The position numbers and the translations under genes were made by a program. From positions 55,645 to 119,644 of the forward strand of contig JASLXV010000054.1 of NCBI GenBank assembly GCA_030740155.1: a DNA stretch of 64,000 nt, written 5' to 3'. Shown here in pieces: positions 59,201 to 64,000 of this stretch. The DNA is from Dehalococcoidia bacterium (GTDB taxonomy: Bacteria > Chloroflexota > Dehalococcoidia > Lucifugimonadales > UBA3495). The notes beneath the pieces were generated by a model. That model had not been told where the DNA came from, searched no databases, and saw nothing but the letters and a program-made list of their open reading frames with translations. Numbering within the stretch: position 1 is the stretch's first letter; each line of letters begins with the position of its first letter.

Positions 59201-59641
59201 TCAAGACGGTCGGAAAGACGCAGTCCCTTCCAGCTCCGCCTTCATGTTATCGAGGAACTTCTTCTCGTGGACGTTCCCTACCAGGGGCACGATCAGCCTC
59301 GTCAGGAACGACGTTCCCGGCATTTTGCCCATTTTGGCTTTCCGGGTGACCAGGGTCCCATCCTCTTGCGCCTCGACCGTCATCGCGAAATCAAGCTCCC
59401 AACCGTTGGGCATGACCACGTGAAACCCGAAACGTTCGTTCCGAGTCAGCTCGGTCACGGTCAGCCGGTCGGGCTCCTCGTTCCTGTCATGGGCCGAAGT
59501 GTACCTCATTCCAACGGATGGCCGGCCCCTCTGCCGGGCCTTGATGGTAACGTCATGGGCCGCCCATTTGGCGTGGCGGGTGAGGTCGCACATTGCTCTG
59601 AATATCCGGCTGGGTGGCGCCTGAATGAAGACCGTAGGCAT
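59201..59641 (-). CDS. SRPBCC (START/polyketide cyclase) family protein
   Basis: IQAPP..IF...DL..H..W, VG..Y, GTLVT, L..MKAELE. Confidence 0.7.
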   Translation of the reverse strand: MPTVFIQAPPSRIFRAMCDLTRHAKWAAHDVTIKARQRGRPSVGMRYTSAHDRNEEPDRLTVTELTRNERFGFHVVMPNGWELDFAMTVEAQEDGTLVTRKAKMGKMPGTSFLTRLIVPLVGNVHEKKFLDNMKAELEGTASFRPS

Positions 59642-59993
59642 TCCCCTTCCTTCCCCGGTCCAACGTGTCCCGGTCCAACGGGTCTTCCGCGAGGTATGCC
59701 TCCCGTGACCGGCGCCCCATTATACCCCGTCGCCCGCGGGTCCGTCTCCCTTTTTGCGTCAGGCCATTCCTTGTTCGCGCGGAAGCCCGGAGCATCACAA
59801 CATCCGAAGCCTGATCCACCGTCAGGACCGTTGGGGCACTTTCCCACTTCGAGCCCCGGCTCGGTACTGACGGGCCCGCCCCCCGAAGATACGCTCCTCA
59901 CGTCTCGTGCGCCTCGGATTCCAGACAGAACCCCCCGTTTGAGTTTGGCACAACACGGTATCTTTCTGTCTTGATAATTGCTCTTTTCTGATA

Positions 59994-60039
59994 TTGACCA
60001 CCGAAAAACCATTCGCCATAATTAGATTGGTTTCAATCG
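59994..60039 (+). promoter_or_regulatory. Sigma70-type promoter with a downstream palindrome
   Basis: TTGACC, 17 bp, CATAAT, then GATTG-GTTT-CAATC. Confidence 0.5.
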
Positions 60040-60218
60040 ACCGGGCGGCGGGAGCGCTCGCACAAAGCGGCCACATCCCGATGGCCAGCGGGGCGCCGGC
60101 GGTCCGGAGGATACCCGGCCGTCGCCGGAAGGGCCGGATCCGCTGGACAGAACCGGAAGACCAAAGGCTTCCAACTGCTACAACACCCGAACGCGACGAG
60201 CGAAAGAGAGGGTTAACC

Positions 60219-61055
60219 ATGGATATAGGCAAGACCCGAATCGAAGCTGGCACGGTTACATTCGCCCTTCAACACCGGTATCTGGACGGAGGAGCGCCCC
60301 ATGCCGTGGGCGGCGGCAGCCGAGGCGGCGGCAATCCCACCCAGGGTGTCTGCATACAGGTAGCCGGCGACGTGGCCGGCACACCAACGGAGCTTTTGCG
60401 CTTCGACTGCTTCGACGTTGATGCCCACTACCACTATGGGCCCGAGAAGAATAACGAGCGAATCATGCTGGACCCAACGGTGACGGGTAACCCCATAGGC
60501 TGGACCATCAAACAGCTCCGTACCCGGCTCCCCGGCATGATCGAGAAAGCCGGCTACGAGGATTTGGCCCGTAAAATCGACGCCGGGCTCGTGTCTCAGA
60601 AGCTGGAAGAGGTGGAAGCGGCCGCCCGCCAATTGGCCGCCCAGGGCCGCAACAACGTGACTCACAATCGGGGCGACCAGGTAATTGAGGCTGGGAACAT
60701 ACGGTTTGGCCTGGAACTGCGGGCCGTGGGGACCGACGGAGGCATGGCGATTCATGTTCTGGCGGACGTGGCCGGCCAGGAGATCGAGCTGCTCGCCTTC
60801 GATTGCTTCCGGGACTACCCTCACTACCACTACGGGCCCAGAAACCGGAATCAGCGGATTTTTTGGGACAAGACCCTGGTGCCCGACCCCTTCGCGTGGT
60901 GTCTGGACCAGTTCCGAGCCGGGAAGCTGCCGGCCATGATTGAGCGGGCGGGCTACCCCAGCATCGCCGCGGCGGTAGATCAAGACCTGGTCGCCTCTAA
61001 TCTGCCCGAGATCGAGAACACAGCCACTGCCATGGTCAATGCGGGCTCCGGGTAG
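60219..61055 (+). CDS. Hypothetical protein made of two tandem homologous domains
   Basis: IEAG...ELL(R/A)FDCF...HYHYGP...LP.MIE.AGY occurs twice; ATG at 60219 after GAGGG. Confidence 0.75.
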   Translation: MDIGKTRIEAGTVTFALQHRYLDGGAPHAVGGGSRGGGNPTQGVCIQVAGDVAGTPTELLRFDCFDVDAHYHYGPEKNNERIMLDPTVTGNPIGWTIKQLRTRLPGMIEKAGYEDLARKIDAGLVSQKLEEVEAAARQLAAQGRNNVTHNRGDQVIEAGNIRFGLELRAVGTDGGMAIHVLADVAGQEIELLAFDCFRDYPHYHYGPRNRNQRIFWDKTLVPDPFAWCLDQFRAGKLPAMIERAGYPSIAAAVDQDLVASNLPEIENTATAMVNAGSG

Positions 61056-61261
61056 GAGCCGGGTCCCCCAGCCTGGTTGCCCCACTCGTTGCACCGTGTT
61101 AGAGTATCTTTCAATTTCAGGTGGTCCGAACAAACTGTCTTGGTGGCTTCCGCCCAACTTCGAACCGGGGCCTGAATGGCCCCGGTGGATTTCAGATCGA
61201 AGGCCGCGATAGTGACTGCCAAATCATTATTCAATAACCGGGATACGTCAGGAGGCGCCTA

Positions 61262-62008
61262 GTGAAAAAACATGCCCTGCTGGCGTTTCTTTTGTGGGCT
61301 GTCCTGACCGCGGCCGGCGAGGCCGTGGCAATAACTTGGGACTACTTCCCCCTGGGCGCGGCGGAAGAGGCCGAAATCGTCGACGACGCTTTCAACGCCT
61401 TGGTGGTGATGTCCGTCCCGGTGATCGCATTCGTGCTGGCCGTCATGATCTACAGCGTTCTCCGCTTCCGCCAGCGGGGTGAACAGCTAGAAGACGGGCC
61501 TCCCATCCACAGCAACAAGCGGTTTGTGATCACGTGGTTTACAGTCACCTCTCTCCTCACCGTCGTGCTCATGATCTTTCCGGGCACCCTGGGCCTCCTA
61601 GAGCTGCGGGACCACTCCGACCCGGAAGATCAGCTGGTGGTCGCAGTGCAAAGCAGCCGGTGGATCTGGATTTTGACCTACCCAGAACAAGGGTTGACGA
61701 CCACTGAGATGGTACTGCCCATAGGCCGGGAAGTACGTTTCGAGGTCACCTCCACCGACGTGCTCCATTCCTTCTGGGTGCCCGCCTTCCGGATGAAGAT
61801 CGACGCGGTGCCCGGGCTGAAGACCTTTGTTTATGCGACGCCCGACAGAATAGGCACATTCAAGGATGACCCCGGCTACCGGCTCCAGTGCGCCGAACTG
61901 TGCGGCCTGGGCCACTCGGATATGCGGGCCATCGTCCGCGTGGTGGCGCCCGAAGAATTCGAGGCCTGGGTAGCCGAAAACAAGCCCAGCGCATCCCTGA
62001 CCCGCTAG
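61262..62008 (+). CDS. coxB: Cytochrome c oxidase subunit II
   Basis: DVLHSFWVP, KIDAVPG, CuA motif CAELCGLGHSDM. Confidence 0.95.
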   Translation: MKKHALLAFLLWAVLTAAGEAVAITWDYFPLGAAEEAEIVDDAFNALVVMSVPVIAFVLAVMIYSVLRFRQRGEQLEDGPPIHSNKRFVITWFTVTSLLTVVLMIFPGTLGLLELRDHSDPEDQLVVAVQSSRWIWILTYPEQGLTTTEMVLPIGREVRFEVTSTDVLHSFWVPAFRMKIDAVPGLKTFVYATPDRIGTFKDDPGYRLQCAELCGLGHSDMRAIVRVVAPEEFEAWVAENKPSASLTR

Positions 62009-62018
62009 GAGTATTAGG

Positions 62019-63893
62019 ATGGCGATGGCGTTTCTGCCTTTGTTGAGGGGGTGGGCCTTCGGCGGCGTGGGCTTCCTCCTCGGAAGTGGATTGGCCGCGG
62101 GTATACGGCAATGGATGGGCAATGACCCCTGGGTGGCGGAGCCCCTCATCACCGTGGGGTACGTCTTCGGCCTCATTGGCTGGCTCCTGGGCGTGGGCCT
62201 CTGGGGCACATGGGCCACGGAGTGGACGGGCGGTTCCCCCAGGGAGTACCCGGCCACCGGCTGGCAACGATGCTTCCGCTACAACACCGACCACAAAGTC
62301 ATCGGCCTCCAGTACCTGGTCACCTTCGTCGTGTTCCTTCTGCTGGCGGGAGCCCTGGCAATGCTGATCCGGGTAGAACTGTTGGGTTCCGGCAAGGTCA
62401 TCCTGGATTCCAACGACTACAACACCACCATGGGCCTCCACGGTATGATCATGATAGCCGTGGCCGTGGCCACCATCATTGGAGGGTTCGCCAACTTCCT
62501 GGTACCCCTTATGATCGGCGCCGACGACGTGGCCTTCCCCCGGATCAACGCCCTCAGCTTCTGGATCATCCCGCCGGTGGCCGTATTGATGCTTCTCTCA
62601 CCCTTGATGGGAGGGTTTGACTCCGGCTGGACCGCGTACCCACCGCTGAGCGTGCTCAACGCCTCCGGCCAGCTACTGATCTTGCTGGCCTTCTTGACCT
62701 TTGGTCTGTCCTCAATCCTGGGCGGCCTCAATTTTGTGACTACGATCATCCTCTTCCGTGCTCCGGGAATGACCTGGTCCCGGATACCAATCTTCGTTTG
62801 GTCCATCTTCGCTGCAGCCCTACTCAGCGTGACGGCCACCCAGTTCGTGGCCTTTGGACTGCTGACCGTCATCCTGGACCGGGTTGCCGGGACGTCTTTC
62901 TACAATGCCGCCGAAGGGGGCAATGCCCTCCTCTACGAGCACATCTTCTGGTTCTACTCCCATCCCGCGGTGTACATCATGGTGCTCCCGGGCTTCGGAA
63001 TCGGCCTTGAGGTGATAACCCACTTCTCCCGCAAGCCCCTGTTCGCCTACAAGTGGGCGGCGGGCTCTTTCTTAGCCATCGCGGCGATGAGCTTCATCGT
63101 TTGGGCCCATCACCTGTTCACCAGCGGGATGCCCGATTACCTCCACCTTCCCTTCATGATCTCCACCGAGTTGATCTCCATCCCCACGGGAGTGGTGTTC
63201 CTCTGCGGCCTAGGGACCATCTGGGCGGGACGGCTGTGGCTGACTACGCCCATGCTCTTCGGCCTGGGCTTCCTGCTCAACTTCGTCATCGGCGGCATCA
63301 CGGGCATTTTCCTGGCCGACGTGCCCACCGACATTCACCTGCAAGATACCTACTTCGTCGTGGCCCACTTCCATTACACCATCATGGGAGCCGAAATCTT
63401 CGCGGCTATGGCCGGCGTCTACTATTGGTTCCCCAAAATCACCGGCCGCACGTACAACGAGATCTGGGGAAAGGTCCACTTCTGGTGGATGTTCTTGGCC
63501 TACAATCTCACCTTCATACCGATGTTCTGGGCCGGCTTGCACGGAATGAATCGCCGGAATCCCCTTTATCCCGAGGACCTGACCGACATCAACGTGTTCA
63601 TCAGCATCGCCGCCTTTCTCTTGGGCGCCAGCATGGTGGTGTTCACGGTCAACCTGGTCTACTCCTGGGTAAGAGGCAAGGCAGCCCCTTCCAACCCGTG
63701 GCACGCCAGGACCCTGGAGTGGCAGACCTCTTCACCACCTCCATTGGAGAATTTCCCCTACCCTCCGAGAGTGGTGGGCAGCCCCTACGATTACGGCGTC
63801 CCCGGCTCAGTCCACGCCGTAGTCGGCGTAGCCGGCGCATCCGACGCGCCGGAACCTCCCTCTACGAAAGCGGGCCAAGAGGAACCAACATGA
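62019..63893 (+). CDS. coxA: Cytochrome c oxidase subunit I (A2 type)
   Basis: DHKVIG, GWTAYPPL, YSHPAVY, WAHH, HFHY. Confidence 0.97.
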   Translation: MAMAFLPLLRGWAFGGVGFLLGSGLAAGIRQWMGNDPWVAEPLITVGYVFGLIGWLLGVGLWGTWATEWTGGSPREYPATGWQRCFRYNTDHKVIGLQYLVTFVVFLLLAGALAMLIRVELLGSGKVILDSNDYNTTMGLHGMIMIAVAVATIIGGFANFLVPLMIGADDVAFPRINALSFWIIPPVAVLMLLSPLMGGFDSGWTAYPPLSVLNASGQLLILLAFLTFGLSSILGGLNFVTTIILFRAPGMTWSRIPIFVWSIFAAALLSVTATQFVAFGLLTVILDRVAGTSFYNAAEGGNALLYEHIFWFYSHPAVYIMVLPGFGIGLEVITHFSRKPLFAYKWAAGSFLAIAAMSFIVWAHHLFTSGMPDYLHLPFMISTELISIPTGVVFLCGLGTIWAGRLWLTTPMLFGLGFLLNFVIGGITGIFLADVPTDIHLQDTYFVVAHFHYTIMGAEIFAAMAGVYYWFPKITGRTYNEIWGKVHFWWMFLAYNLTFIPMFWAGLHGMNRRNPLYPEDLTDINVFISIAAFLLGASMVVFTVNLVYSWVRGKAAPSNPWHARTLEWQTSSPPPLENFPYPPRVVGSPYDYGVPGSVHAVVGVAGASDAPEPPSTKAGQEEPT

Positions 63894-63934
63894 GGCCCGC
63901 CTACGTTACCCCAATTCCCGGAAGGAGGTAACCC

Positions 63935-64000
63935 GTGAAGAACTCCGACCTGAAGCCGCCGATGCGGGTTGGGTTGCTGGTTTTCATTATTCTGGTGGTC
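63935..64000 (+). CDS. Start of the next oxidase-operon membrane subunit (partial)
   Basis: AGGAGG RBS, GTG, MKNSDLKPPMRVGLLVFIILVV running off the window edge. Confidence 0.5.
   Translation, partial: MKNSDLKPPMRVGLLVFIILVV

Noticed and set aside
59654..59681. Direct repeat CCCGGTCCAACG x2 upstream of the SRPBCC gene
   Set aside because: Only two short copies with no supporting context; could be a chance duplication.

Overview
High-GC bacterial chromosomal segment. Gene content and order suggest Chloroflexota/Dehalococcoidia, possibly SAR202-like; this taxonomy is inference only. The left third is housekeeping: rex, a complete F1Fo ATP synthase operon, a Lon-like protease, rsmD-coaD, ribF-tyrS, a B12 acyl-CoA mutase large subunit and an EF-G paralog. 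The middle is a catabolic block: an orphan Mo-hydroxylase subunit, three family III CoA-transferases, a CitE-like lyase, a MaoC dehydratase, hydrolases and an amidase, plus a HicAB pair. The right part holds trxB, garR, ada, an imuB/dnaE2 mutagenesis cassette and the start of an A2-type cytochrome c oxidase operon. Signals the ORF track misses: (1) a hidden CxxU selenoprotein gene with promoter and SECIS-like hairpin at 863-1126; (2) several palindromic repeat families, two of them bracketing small nuclease genes (two DUF559 genes with terminal inverted repeats, one GIY-YIG gene with CGTC-type repeats), with solo copies inserted in frame inside dnaE2 and a CoA-transferase; (3) a split imuB with a possible -1 frameshift; (4) a Rex-like operator over the atp operon -10 box; (5) a 6S-like rod RNA; (6) a beta-propeller gene bracketed by a duplicated trxB 3' end; (7) a chimeric CzcD/DUF3179 scar ORF. 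No rRNA, tRNA or CRISPR array was recognised.
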